NCBI GenBank assembly: GCA_965249725.1
Contig: CBDFMQ010000001.1
Span: 347,723-411,722, forward strand
Origin: Longimicrobiales bacterium
Lineage (GTDB): Bacteria; Gemmatimonadota; Gemmatimonadetes; Longimicrobiales; Gaopeijiaceae
Reading direction: 5' to 3'
DNA: 64,000 nucleotides
Positions 10,942 through 20,683 of the stretch are shown in pieces. Both the position numbers and the translations under genes were made by a program. The notes below the pieces were generated by a model, which ran no database searches, was not told where the DNA came from, and was given only the letters and a program-made list of their open reading frames with translations. Within the stretch, counting starts at the first letter, position 1. Every line of letters begins with the position of its first letter.

Positions 10942-11322
10942 ATGGCACGCATCGCAGGTGTTGATCTTCCGAAGAGCAAGAGGGTAGAGGTCGCGCTGAC
11001 CTATATCTACGGTATCGGCGATTCCCGAGCGCACGAGATTCTCGATGCGACGGGTGTAGATCCGGACCGCCGCACCGTCGATCTCACCGACGATGACGTG
11101 AACAAACTCCGTCGCGAGATCGAGGGCAGCTACAAGGTCGAGGGTGCTCTGCGGACCGAGACCTCCATGAACATCAAGCGTCTCATGGACATCGGGTGCT
11201 ACCGGGGGGTCAGGCACCGCAAGGGGCTGCCAGTGCGCGGCCAGCGCACCCACACCAACGCCCGGACCCACAAGGGTTCGAGGCGGTCCATCGCAGGGAA
11301 GAAGCAGGCGCCGAAGAAGTAG
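10942..11322 (+). CDS. rpsM: 30S ribosomal protein S13
   Basis: [33 protein letters not shown]. Confidence 0.99.
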   Translation: MARIAGVDLPKSKRVEVALTYIYGIGDSRAHEILDATGVDPDRRTVDLTDDDVNKLRREIEGSYKVEGALRTETSMNIKRLMDIGCYRGVRHRKGLPVRGQRTHTNARTHKGSRRSIAGKKQAPKK

Positions 11323-11388
11323 TCGACCCCGTCGACCGATGGTCGCCCCCGTCGACCGATGGTCGACTCCGTCGACTGATAGTCGATC
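11322..11388. repeat. Intergenic tandem repeat, 20-bp period, about 3.4 copies, built from GTCGAC palindromes and hairpins
   Basis: gtcgaccccgtcgaccgatg / gtcgcccccgtcgaccgatg / gtcgactccgtcgactgata / gtcgatc. Confidence 0.9.
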
Positions 11389-11421
11389 CAAGACACCGTA
11401 AAGACACTAGGACGGTAGCGA

Positions 11422-11982
11422 GTGACCGAAGAAGAGAAAGACGTAACACCGGCAGAGACTGAAGCGGCCTCAGAAGAGGCCGCCGCAGCGCCCGCAGATG
11501 CCGCCGCAGCGCCCGCAGATGCCGCCGCAGCGCCCGCGGAAACGGCAGCGGCCCCAACTGCGTCGTCGTCGGCCCCGGCCGACGCAGGTTCGGCGACGGA
11601 GGCCGCGTCGGGGCGTAGGCGCAGCAAGAAGGTCGTAGAGGCGGAAGGGGTCGCGCACATCCAGGCGACCTTCAACAACACGCTGATCACGATCACCGAC
11701 AACGCGGGCAACACCGTGGTGTGGGGCAGTGCCGGTAAGGCCGGCTTCAAGGGCTCCAAGAAGTCGACACCCTTCGCCGCCACCGTGGCCGCCGAGCAGT
11801 GCGGACGCGAGGCCGTGGCGATGGGGGTAAAGCGCGTGAACGTCCGAGTGCAGGGGCCGGGTTCCGGGCGCGAGTCCGCGATTCAGGCTCTCTCAGCTGC
11901 GGGACTACACGTAAAGAGCATTCAGGATGTCACCCCGCTTCCTCACAATGGCTGCCGCCCGCCCAAGAAACGCCGGGTCTAG
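11422..11982 (+). CDS. rpsK: 30S ribosomal protein S11 with ~64-aa Ala/Glu/Pro N-terminal extension
   Basis: [47 protein letters not shown]. Confidence 0.98.
   Translation: MTEEEKDVTPAETEAASEEAAAAPADAAAAPADAAAAPAETAAAPTASSSAPADAGSATEAASGRRRSKKVVEAEGVAHIQATFNNTLITITDNAGNTVVWGSAGKAGFKGSKKSTPFAATVAAEQCGREAVAMGVKRVNVRVQGPGSGRESAIQALSAAGLHVKSIQDVTPLPHNGCRPPKKRRV
11479..11541 (+). repeat. In-frame 21-bp tandem repeat x3 (AAAAPAD/E) in the S11 extension
   Basis: gccgccgcagcgcccgcagat x2 plus gccgccgcagcgcccgcggaa. Confidence 0.95.
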
Positions 11983-11994
11983 AAGAGAAACAGA

Positions 11995-12630
11995 ATGGCA
12001 CGATACACAGGTCCAGTATGCAGGCTCTGTCGCCGAGAGGGGCAGAAGCTCTTTCTGAAGGGTCAGAAGTGCTACACGGAGAAGTGCGCCGTCGAGCGGC
12101 GCTCGTATCCTCCCGGTCAGCACGGCACGGCTCACGCTCGTCGGCGCAAGCAGTCCGACTACGCCGTCCAGCTCCGTGAGAAGCAGAAGGTCAAGAGAAT
12201 CTACGGGCTCCACGAGCGTCAGTTCCGGAGTCTATTCGAGCGTGCAAACGATCACGATGGCATCACGGGTGAGAACATGCTCATCTCTCTGGAGTCCCGG
12301 CTGGACAACGTGATCTTCCGGATGGGTTTCGCACCCAGCCGAGGCGCTGCCCGGCAGATCGTCCGACACCGCCATGTGGAGGTGAACGGGCGTCCGGTGG
12401 ACGTTCCGTCCTACCAGGTCGGCCCGGGGGACGAGGTCGCGATCCGACCCAAGTCGAAGGACATGGCGTCGGTGGAGGTGAGCCTCGAAGCCAGGACCCG
12501 ACCCGCACTCGTAGAGTGGCTCGTCCTCGACGAGAAGAATCGAGTCGGCCGCATGACCCGTCGTCCCACGAGACAGGACATTCCGCTGGCCGTCCAAGAA
12601 CAGCTCATCGTGGAGCTCTACTCGAAGTAA
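11995..12630 (+). CDS. rpsD: 30S ribosomal protein S4
   Basis: MARYTGPVCRLCRREG, PPGQHG, LESRLDN, EQLIVELYSK. Confidence 0.99.
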   Translation: MARYTGPVCRLCRREGQKLFLKGQKCYTEKCAVERRSYPPGQHGTAHARRRKQSDYAVQLREKQKVKRIYGLHERQFRSLFERANDHDGITGENMLISLESRLDNVIFRMGFAPSRGAARQIVRHRHVEVNGRPVDVPSYQVGPGDEVAIRPKSKDMASVEVSLEARTRPALVEWLVLDEKNRVGRMTRRPTRQDIPLAVQEQLIVELYSK

Positions 12631-13691
12631 TGGAGGCTTCCGTGCAGATAGATCTTACCGGATTGGTACTACCCGAGCGGATCGAGGTCGCCGGGACCTC
12701 GGAGGATGGGCGCTCGGCCGAGTTCGTTATCGAGCCTCTCGAGCGTGGCTTCGGCCACACTCTGGGCAACTCGGTGCGCCGGGTACTCCTGTCGTCGCTC
12801 CGCGGGGCGGCCGTCTGGGCGTTCCGGATCGACGGTGTGGTACACGAGCACCAGACCGTCCAGGGAGTGGTCGAGGATGTCCACCAGGTCATCCAGAACC
12901 TCAAGTCTCTGGTCGTGACGCTGGACGACGACATCGACGAGGCGACCCTCGAGATTCGCGTAAGCGAAACGGGTCCCGTCACGGCGGCCGACATTACGCC
13001 GTCCGGTGGAGTCACCGTCCACGATCCGGACCATCACCTGATGACGGTCCAGGACAAGCGCAAGCTCAACATCGAGCTGCACATCAACAAGGGTCGTGGT
13101 TTCGTTTTGGCGAACCAGCACGAGCTTCCCAGAGGGGCTCCGGTCGACATGGTCCGCATCGACTCGATCTACAACCCGGTGCGACGCGCCAACTTCTCCG
13201 TCGAGGAGACCCGGGTCGGGCAGCGCACCGACTTCGATCGACTGACCCTGTTCATCGAGACCGACGGATCGGTCGATCCCGAGTCCGCCGTCCGCTACGC
13301 ATCCGAGCTGGTTCGGAAGCACCTCGAGTTCATGCTCTACTTCGGTGAGGGCGGGGTTCCTCAGATCACGCCTCCGGGTGCGGTCGAGGTTCCGGATCGC
13401 CTACGCGACCTGTTCGACCGGCCCATCGAGGATCTGGCCGAGCTGAGCGTGCGGTCCCGTAACTCCTTGCAGAAGGAGAACATCTGGACTCTCGGCGACC
13501 TCGTTCAGCGTTCCGAAGACGAGATGCTGGGCATCGAGAACTTCGGCAAGAAGTCGCTCAAGGAGATCTCGGATTTCCTGGATGAGCACGGCCTCCACTT
13601 CGGAATGAGCCTCAGGCAGGGAGACGACGGTCAGCTCTTCCTCGTGGACGAGGATCCGGTGGAGCCGGCCGCCGAGGCCAGCGAGGAATAG
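12630..13691 (+). CDS. rpoA: RNA polymerase subunit alpha
   Basis: EPLERGFGHTLGN, VEETRVGQRTDFD, ELSVRS.N.L, NFGKKSL.EI; alternative start GTG 12642 follows GGAGG. Confidence 0.99.
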   Translation: MEASVQIDLTGLVLPERIEVAGTSEDGRSAEFVIEPLERGFGHTLGNSVRRVLLSSLRGAAVWAFRIDGVVHEHQTVQGVVEDVHQVIQNLKSLVVTLDDDIDEATLEIRVSETGPVTAADITPSGGVTVHDPDHHLMTVQDKRKLNIELHINKGRGFVLANQHELPRGAPVDMVRIDSIYNPVRRANFSVEETRVGQRTDFDRLTLFIETDGSVDPESAVRYASELVRKHLEFMLYFGEGGVPQITPPGAVEVPDRLRDLFDRPIEDLAELSVRSRNSLQKENIWTLGDLVQRSEDEMLGIENFGKKSLKEISDFLDEHGLHFGMSLRQGDDGQLFLVDEDPVEPAAEASEE

Positions 13692-13700
13692 GGTAGAGAC

Positions 13701-14054
13701 ATGAGGCATAGAAAGAAGGGCCGGGCCCTATCCCGGACTGCCAGCCACAAGAAGGCGACGCTGCGCAACATGGCGACGTCACTCTTCGAGCATGAGCGGA
13801 TCGAGACGACGACGGCCAAGGCCAAAGAGCTTCGCCCGTTCGCTGAAAAGCTCATCACGCTGGGCAAGCGGGGTGACCTGCACGCTCGCCGACTGGCCCG
13901 TCGCCAGATCGCGGACCGTGATGTTCTGGGTAAGCTCTTCGACGACATCGCCCCACGCTTTACCGAGCGGCCGGGGGGATACACCCGCATCCTCAAGTTG
14001 GGGAATCGTCGCGGAGACGCAGCCGAGATGGCGCTGATCGAGTTGGTCGATTAG
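13701..14054 (+). CDS. rplQ: 50S ribosomal protein L17
   Basis: MRHRK...TTTAKAKE...RPGGYTRI...RRGDAA. Confidence 0.99.
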   Translation: MRHRKKGRALSRTASHKKATLRNMATSLFEHERIETTTAKAKELRPFAEKLITLGKRGDLHARRLARRQIADRDVLGKLFDDIAPRFTERPGGYTRILKLGNRRGDAAEMALIELVD

Positions 14055-14109
14055 ACTGGCGGGATCTCGAATCTCTCGTATTGAACACGAGCGGGGAGTA
14101 CAGCATACA

Positions 14110-14673
14110 ATGGCATCCTTCGGGTCCCGAAAAGGCGCTTCTGACGCCCGGTCCGTAATACTGATGGTGGCGACCTTCGTCATCATCGGTGGCTTCTTGG
14201 CCTGGCTGAACATGCAGGCCGCACAGACCGAAGTAGCGGTCGTCGAAGACGCCTCTGGTGGCACTGACTCGCTTGGCTCGGCTCCCGTTGTGGAGGCCGC
14301 AGTGTTCGGATCCGATCCCCTGGCGCACACCGAGGGTGTGATCCGGATCAACAACCTGCCCGTACAGAGCGCCGTAGGGACCGAGGCGTTCTTCGTGGCG
14401 ATGACCAACCAGCCGGGTCCGTATCTCGTCAAGATGGGGGCCCGGGTGTTGGCGGACAGCGTTTCGGTACCCAGTGGCTCAACGGTCTCCCTTGTCGGGC
14501 GGGTCTACGCCATGTCGGACAGCGTTTCCGGTGCCTGGGTGGGGAGTGGCGCCCTCGCGGAGGACGACCGGATTCTGGCGGACTTCGCGACGTCGTACAT
14601 CGAGATTGAAGACATCATCGTCATGGCCGGCCCGGGCGGCGGCGACGGCGGTGACGGCGGTGGAGATCGATAA
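14110..14673 (+). CDS. Hypothetical membrane-anchored protein
   Basis: 187-aa ORF fills the gap; one N-terminal hydrophobic helix (VILMVATFVIIGGFLAWL). Confidence 0.75.
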   Translation: MASFGSRKGASDARSVILMVATFVIIGGFLAWLNMQAAQTEVAVVEDASGGTDSLGSAPVVEAAVFGSDPLAHTEGVIRINNLPVQSAVGTEAFFVAMTNQPGPYLVKMGARVLADSVSVPSGSTVSLVGRVYAMSDSVSGAWVGSGALAEDDRILADFATSYIEIEDIIVMAGPGGGDGGDGGGDR

Positions 14674-14703
14674 CTAACGGGCGCAGCCCGAGGGTATAGA
14701 ACC

Positions 14704-14919
14704 ATGGCTCGAGTGTGCTATTTGTGTGGCAAGGGACCCGCGGCGGGAAACAACGTGAGTCACGCCCACAACAAGACCAGGCGGCGTTGGCTGCCGAACC
14801 TGCAGACCGTGAAGATCATAACGCCGAAGGGCGAGCGGCGGCGCGTGCGGGTCTGCACGAACTGCATCAAGGGCGGAAGGGTCACCAAGGCCCCGCCGGT
14901 CAAGGCAGTCGAGGTCTAA
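14704..14919 (+). CDS. rpmB: 50S ribosomal protein L28
   Basis: [10 protein letters not shown]...[20 protein letters not shown]...VCTNC. Confidence 0.98.
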   Translation: MARVCYLCGKGPAAGNNVSHAHNKTRRRWLPNLQTVKIITPKGERRRVRVCTNCIKGGRVTKAPPVKAVEV

Positions 14920-14946
14920 AGACGGCGCTTTCGAGCGAGTTCTACG

Positions 14947-14984
14947 CGTCTCCGGGACCTGATGGTCCCGGGGGCGTTTTGTTT
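14947..14984 (+). terminator. Rho-independent terminator after rpmB
   Basis: 13-bp GC stem cgtctccgggacc-tgat-ggtcccgggggcg (two G-U pairs) followed by ttttgttt. Confidence 0.8.
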
Positions 14985-15075
14985 GGGGGGGCGGAGAGAC
15001 GGTTGGGGGTCGGGAAGGTCCGCGAACCGCGATTTCCTTGTACTTCCTACCGCATTCTCCCCTATATTATGCCCC

Positions 15076-15879
15076 ATGAACACTGCCGAGACACTTGAAG
15101 TGCCGGTCGGTGTCCCCCCCCTGGCCGGCCGGACCCTGGTGGTTACCAGGCCTGAAGCGCAAGCCACGGAACTCGTCGAGGCGCTGGAGCGCCTGGGAGC
15201 CCGTGTCGTTCGCATCCCCGCCATCCGCATCTCTCCTCCGGAGGATCCCGAGATGTTGAGGCAGGCGGTGCGTAGTGCGAGTGAGCACGACTGGGTCGTG
15301 TTTACGTCTGCGAACGGCGTCCTCGCCTTCAGCAATGCCGCCAACTCGGCCGGTGCGGATCCCCGTGAGGCAGTGGGGGATACACGGGTCTGCTGCATCG
15401 GACCCGCCACCGGGAGGGCAGCGGAAGAGGCCGGGCTCTCGGTAAGCCTCGTCCCGGAGGAGCATGTCGCCGAAGGAGTGATCGATGCGCTCGCCGCCGT
15501 GGAGCCCCTGGACGGCAAGCGTGTGCTTCTGCCCGTGGCGGCCGCGGCGAGGGATGTCCTGCCTGGATGGCTCCGGGCGCGCGGCGCGGTCGTAGAGGTG
15601 ATCACTGCCTACGACACTGCGCCCGTCGAGAGGGTGGACGAGGGTGTGACCAAGACGCTCCGTGAAGGGGTGGACCTGGTGACCTTCACATCGCCGTCAT
15701 CCGTGCAGGGCTTCGACCGTCTCGTCGGAGAGCCGCCCGTAGCCCCGGCCGCAGTAATCGGCCCAGTCACAGCATCAGCGGCGCGCGAGGCCGGTTACGA
15801 TGTTACTGTGCAGGCAGACGATTTCACGGTTCTGGGGCTGGTGGAAGCGGTGGTGCGCCACTACACGGACGAGCGTTGA
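15076..15879 (+). CDS. hemD: Uroporphyrinogen-III synthase
   Basis: LVVTRPE.QA, DWVVFTSANGV, CIGPAT, TFTSPSSV, IGPVT. Confidence 0.92.
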   Translation: MNTAETLEVPVGVPPLAGRTLVVTRPEAQATELVEALERLGARVVRIPAIRISPPEDPEMLRQAVRSASEHDWVVFTSANGVLAFSNAANSAGADPREAVGDTRVCCIGPATGRAAEEAGLSVSLVPEEHVAEGVIDALAAVEPLDGKRVLLPVAAAARDVLPGWLRARGAVVEVITAYDTAPVERVDEGVTKTLREGVDLVTFTSPSSVQGFDRLVGEPPVAPAAVIGPVTASAAREAGYDVTVQADDFTVLGLVEAVVRHYTDER

Positions 15880-17372
15880 TGAGCGAAGAACAGCAGAGCG
15901 CCGACAGCCCCGTCGACTCGGACGTAGGCGCGGGCGGCGAGGCCATGGTGGATTCAGATCCGGTCGGCCCCGACGGGGCGGGACCGATCCTGGACCCGTG
16001 GATGCTCCGCTACGCGGTTTATGCGTACCTGGTGATGTTGCCGATCGGTCACCTCTTGGTCGTGCCGATCAACGGTGCCAATGCCACCTTGAGCGACGTC
16101 TTCCTGGCCATCGTCATCCTTCTGGGAGCCGTCGCATTCGCCCGTGCGGTTCCCCACTACAGGGCGCGAGGTGGACCGACGGCGCCGCACCTACCCGCTC
16201 ACAAGGCCTTTCATGTGGCCGCCGTGTTGTTCCTGGCTTTCGGCATCTGGGTTGCCCTCGGTGGGACGTGGGGCTTCCACAGTGAGTACGCCCTCACGAA
16301 GGGTGCGGCGTACGCAGCCCTCGGACTCGGGACCTTGGCGATTCTGTGGTGCGGCGCGGAGTGGGGTAAGGCGGCAGACGCGTGGCTGCTGGGGACTGCG
16401 GTTTGTCTGGTCGGCGCGTGGGCCCTGGCGTTCGTCGGCCCTGAAGCCGTCCAGGAGCGGGTGGTGTACCGGGGCGGATCGATCCGCGGCCTGCCTTTGC
16501 CTCGACTGTCCGGTCCCTTCCTGCACCCCAACATGTTCGGCGACTACCTGGTCGTTTCCGGCGCCCTTCTCTGGGCGCGCTGGCGACCTCTTCGGGCCCG
16601 ACTAGGGATCTGGGCGACGGTCGGTGCGGCGGCGTTAGCCGTGACACTGTTCCTCACCGTGTCGTCCGCCTGGATCGGCGCGGGCGTGTTGTTGGCGGTG
16701 ATCGGACTTCTGACGATGCGGCAGCGTCAGGGACGGGTCTCGATTCACAGGAAGCGGCCCGGCCCCGTGATCTTCTTGATGGCCGGTGTGGCCCTATTCG
16801 CCGTGTCGTTCCTGGGGATCATGCTCGAGATGACCCTGGAGGTCGGTGGGCTGTCGATCGAGGCGAGCGGGATTCGACCGAGCATCTGGGCGTCCGCGTG
16901 GGAAGCGGTCTTGGAGTCGCCTTTGGTGGGCGTCGGCGCGAGTCCGTATCTAGCCCAGGCAGCCGATCCTCTGGGCGGCTCGAGCTATCTGGAGCTTTGG
17001 GACGCTCACAGCCTGTATCTCAGCCTGCTCGGCCAATTTGGCATCGTGGGGTTCCTGCTGCTCCTGGGGGCGGTGGTCGTCCTCGCTCGGGCGATGGTGC
17101 GTGAAGGAACCACGAGGCGTCACGCGGCGCTGCTGGTCGCCCTGGTCGCCGTCGCGATCCACGGATTGACCGTCGCGAGCGAGGACTTCAGGCACATCTG
17201 GGCGCTCCTCGGGCTGGTCGGGTTGGCGAGCCTACCGGAGTGGGCGCAGGGGCGTTGGTGGAAGGACCGGCGCACGGAGCAAGATGTGGAGGCGGCTGAG
17301 GCGCTGGGTGGGGAGCGGGGTCGCCGGGCGTCGGACGCTTCAAGCGGTGAACCGGAGGCCGAGACCGCGTGA
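15879..17372 (+). CDS. O-antigen ligase/Wzy-like polytopic membrane protein
   Basis: About 12 TM segments; RLSGPFLHPN, LTVSS, R..IW, GVG, DAHSLYL..L.QFGIVG (Wzy_C-type motifs). Confidence 0.8.
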   Translation: MSEEQQSADSPVDSDVGAGGEAMVDSDPVGPDGAGPILDPWMLRYAVYAYLVMLPIGHLLVVPINGANATLSDVFLAIVILLGAVAFARAVPHYRARGGPTAPHLPAHKAFHVAAVLFLAFGIWVALGGTWGFHSEYALTKGAAYAALGLGTLAILWCGAEWGKAADAWLLGTAVCLVGAWALAFVGPEAVQERVVYRGGSIRGLPLPRLSGPFLHPNMFGDYLVVSGALLWARWRPLRARLGIWATVGAAALAVTLFLTVSSAWIGAGVLLAVIGLLTMRQRQGRVSIHRKRPGPVIFLMAGVALFAVSFLGIMLEMTLEVGGLSIEASGIRPSIWASAWEAVLESPLVGVGASPYLAQAADPLGGSSYLELWDAHSLYLSLLGQFGIVGFLLLLGAVVVLARAMVREGTTRRHAALLVALVAVAIHGLTVASEDFRHIWALLGLVGLASLPEWAQGRWWKDRRTEQDVEAAEALGGERGRRASDASSGEPEAETA

Positions 17373-18717
17373 GACGGACCAACGCGGGCGGGGTCGCCAT
17401 CCTGATGGTGGCGGTGGGGTCGGCGTTGCTTGGGTTGGTGGTGATCGAGAACCCGGGGGTGGCGCTGCCCTTTACGATCGAGTTCATCCTCCTTCTCGGC
17501 GTCACGACGCTGGGGCTGATGCGTGAGCCGGATCTAGAGGTTCGCGGATGGCTGACCAAGCTGGTGATGGCCGCCCTGGGGCTGCGTCTTGTCCTCGCGT
17601 TATTCGTCCATTTCCAGCTCTCGCCCTATTTCTTTGCGCCTGACGCGATCGGGTACGAGAGTGTGGGGGCCCAGATTGGCGACTATTGGGCCCGCGGCGG
17701 TTTCGTCCCCCAACCGGTGCGAGAGGGCTGGCGTCCGAGCTACATCCACCTCAACGCGGTGTTCCACTTCCTATTCGGGGAGTCGAGTATTGCCCTGGTG
17801 GTACTCAACATGTTTGCTGGGGTGTGGACGGCGCTCCTGACGTTTTACCTGACTCGCGAATTCCTCAGCGTGAAGGCAGGTAAGGTGGCGGCGCTTCTGA
17901 CGGGATTCTTCCCGTCGCTGGTGCTCTGGTCGATTCTCAACATCCGGGACGCCTTGGCCACCCTCTTTATCGTCTTGCTGGTCCTCTACGGTGTGCGTCT
18001 TTCGAAGGGTCTTCGAGCCTCGCACGTCCTGATCTTCCTGGCCTCGCTTCTCGGGCTGGGCTTACTACGAGACTACATGGCGTTTCTGGTCGTCGTAGGT
18101 CTTGCCATGGGGAGCTTCACGGCGCTCCGGCCTGACCGGATTGTTGGGACCATGGCCTTCGGCACCATCATCGCTTTGGCGTTCACGTACTTCGCGGATC
18201 AGGTGGGCCTGTTTTCCACTCTCCGCCCGGAAGATGCACTGGAGACGGCCCAGATTCTCCGCGCCGGTCTGCAGGCCGATGCGACATCGGCCTTCGGGCT
18301 CGGAGCCGAAACGGAAACCGTGGGCGGGGCCCTCCGGTATCTACCGCTGGGAATATCCTATCTACTTTTTTCACCCTTCCCCTGGGCCATTCAGTCGTCG
18401 CTCCAGCTGACGGCCATGCCCGAGACACTGCTCTGGTATCCGCTCTTCCTCCTGGCATCAAGGGAGTCAGCATCTCGCTGCAGGGCCGGGTCACCAACGT
18501 TCTCATTGTGTTGGCGGTGCTCGTCATCGTGGTCTCCAGCTACGCGCTGGTGGAGGGGAACTTCGGTACCGCCTATCGGCACCGCGCTCAGATCATGCCG
18601 CTCTTCTTCGTCTTCTCGGGGGTCGGGCTTTCGTGGCTGAAGGAACGGGTGATCACGCGCAGTACGTGGTGGCGGGCGAGGACGGCCCGGGTCCGTATGC
18701 CGGCTGCACGAAGGTAG
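17369..18717 (+). pseudogene. Polytopic glycan polymerase/GT-C-like membrane protein, frameshifted near 18457
   Basis: PDAIGY, FPSLVLWS..IRD, PFPW; hydrophobic C-terminus (EGNFGTAYRHRAQ) continues in another frame to 18717. Confidence 0.7.
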
Positions 18718-18752
18718 GCGCGGTGAGCCTGGCTCTGGGAGCTGTCTGAGCG

Positions 18753-20681
18753 ATGTGCGGCATAGGGGGCATCGTCTCGAGGGCCGACAGGCCCCTCTTC
18801 GATGGATCCGAGGCGGTCTCACGGAACATGGCTGTCAGAATGCGGCGCCGGGGCCCGGACCGGCAGGCTGCGTGGGCCGCACCGTCCTCCCGGTGTGTAC
18901 TGGGTCATGCCCGGCTTCGGGTGATCGACCTGGAGACCGGTGACCAGCCGATGCGGAACGAGGACGCGTCGGTAGTCGTCCTGCTCAACGGCGAGATCTA
19001 CAACTACCGGGAGCTTCGCGAGCAGCTCCGGGGTCGGGGGCACCACTTCCGCACGATGAGCGATACGGAGGTCGTCGTGCACGGGTACCGGGAGTGGGGG
19101 CTCGAAGTGGCGAGCCACCTGGACGGGATGTTCGCGTTCGCGGTGTGGGACGAGCGTGAGCAACGTCTCCTTCTGGGTCGAGACCGCGTCGGTAAGAAGC
19201 CCCTGTTCGTATACCAGGACGAGGGGATCCTGGCGTTTTCCTCGGAGATGAAGGGCCTGCTGGAGATCCCGGGAGTGGATCTCGGCCTGAACACGTCTGC
19301 CCTGCCCCTGTATCTGACCTACGGGTATGTGCCGAGCCCGGGCACCTTCTACGAGAAGATCGAGAAGCTGCCACCGGCGTCCTGTCTGGTGATGGAGAAC
19401 GGTTCTTCCCGAATCTGGTCGTATTGGGATGTCACGTTCGAGCGCAGGGCCGTGCCCTATGACGAGGCCAAGGTCGAGGTCCGGAGGCTGGTAGAGGCGG
19501 GCGTGGAACGGCGCCTGGAATCCGACGTGCCCTTGGGTGCGTTTCTATCCGGAGGCGTCGACTCGACGGTGGTGGTGGCCGTCATGGCCCGCCTCTTGGA
19601 CGAGCCGGTACGGACCTTCTCCATCGGCTTCGAAGGGGCTCCCGCGTATGACGAAACGCGGTTCGCTCAGATGGCCGCGGAGCGTCTCGGCACCGTTCAC
19701 ACTGAGTTCAAAGTCGGCCCCCAATCCGTCGATCTCTTGGATCGTCTCGTCGATGCCTACGACGAGCCCTTCGCGGACTCGTCCGCCATTCCTACGTACC
19801 TCGTGTCGGCGCTGGCGCGAGACCACGTCACCGTGGCGCTGACCGGTGACGGTGGCGATGAGCTGTTTTGCGGCTACAAGCGGTTTCGGGCGATGGAGCT
19901 CGCTGCCGCGATTCCCGGCTGGTTTGCGGCCGGTGCGGACTCGACGCTGAGGCGTTTTGGCGATCGCAGTGACGTGAGAAGCGTTCGAGGGCAGATGACC
20001 CGGTTCTTCGAGGCCGCCCGAGCACCCGAGGATCGACGTTGGCTGAGGTGGGTCGGCCTCTTCACCGAAGATCTCGACAACGTGCTCAGACCTGAACTAC
20101 GGAGCCGGATTGGCGAGATGGATCTGGCGGTGAGCATTCGCGATCCCATGGCGGAGCTGGCGGGGTCGAGCGTTCTTGCCCGGGCGCTCTCTGCGAACTT
20201 CCGGACGTACCTACTGGACGACCTGCTCGTGAAGGCGGACCGAAGCAGTATGGCCCACGGTCTCGAGTTACGATCCCCGTTCCTCGACACGGCCCTGATC
20301 GAGTACGCGAGCCGGCTCCCCGATGGACATCTTCGGAGGGGTCGCACGCTGAAGCGCGTGCTCAAGGATGCGTTTGCAGATGTGCTGCCGCACGAGATCC
20401 GCCGTCGCGGGAAGATGGGGTTCGGTGTGCCCGTTCCGGACTGGCTTCGAGGGCCCTGGCGCCCCATGGTGGAGGAGCGAATCCTGTCCGAAGATGCTCG
20501 AATCTGGGAGTGGCTCGAACGCGATTACGTTGTGAAGAGAGCGCATCTCCACTTTGACCGACGGGAGGACTTCAGTCATCAACTCTGGTCATTGCTCACG
20601 CTCGAGACCTGGCTTCAGCAGATGAACGGCCATCCAGGCAGCGTGGAGTCGGAGTCGGACGCCATCCAGGTGAGGGGCTGA
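18753..20681 (+). CDS. asnB: Asparagine synthase (glutamine-hydrolysing)-like amidotransferase
   Basis: MCGIGG, RRGPD, NGEIYN, FLSGGVDS, TGDGGDELF, ELRSPFLD, KMGF. Confidence 0.93.
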   Translation: MCGIGGIVSRADRPLFDGSEAVSRNMAVRMRRRGPDRQAAWAAPSSRCVLGHARLRVIDLETGDQPMRNEDASVVVLLNGEIYNYRELREQLRGRGHHFRTMSDTEVVVHGYREWGLEVASHLDGMFAFAVWDEREQRLLLGRDRVGKKPLFVYQDEGILAFSSEMKGLLEIPGVDLGLNTSALPLYLTYGYVPSPGTFYEKIEKLPPASCLVMENGSSRIWSYWDVTFERRAVPYDEAKVEVRRLVEAGVERRLESDVPLGAFLSGGVDSTVVVAVMARLLDEPVRTFSIGFEGAPAYDETRFAQMAAERLGTVHTEFKVGPQSVDLLDRLVDAYDEPFADSSAIPTYLVSALARDHVTVALTGDGGDELFCGYKRFRAMELAAAIPGWFAAGADSTLRRFGDRSDVRSVRGQMTRFFEAARAPEDRRWLRWVGLFTEDLDNVLRPELRSRIGEMDLAVSIRDPMAELAGSSVLARALSANFRTYLLDDLLVKADRSSMAHGLELRSPFLDTALIEYASRLPDGHLRRGRTLKRVLKDAFADVLPHEIRRRGKMGFGVPVPDWLRGPWRPMVEERILSEDARIWEWLERDYVVKRAHLHFDRREDFSHQLWSLLTLETWLQQMNGHPGSVESESDAIQVRG

Positions 20682-20683
20682 GC

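Noticed and set aside
11322..11388. Palindromic repeats as a mini-CRISPR or terminator
   Set aside because: 20-bp period with only ~3-nt linkers, no spacers, no U-tract, and located mid-operon
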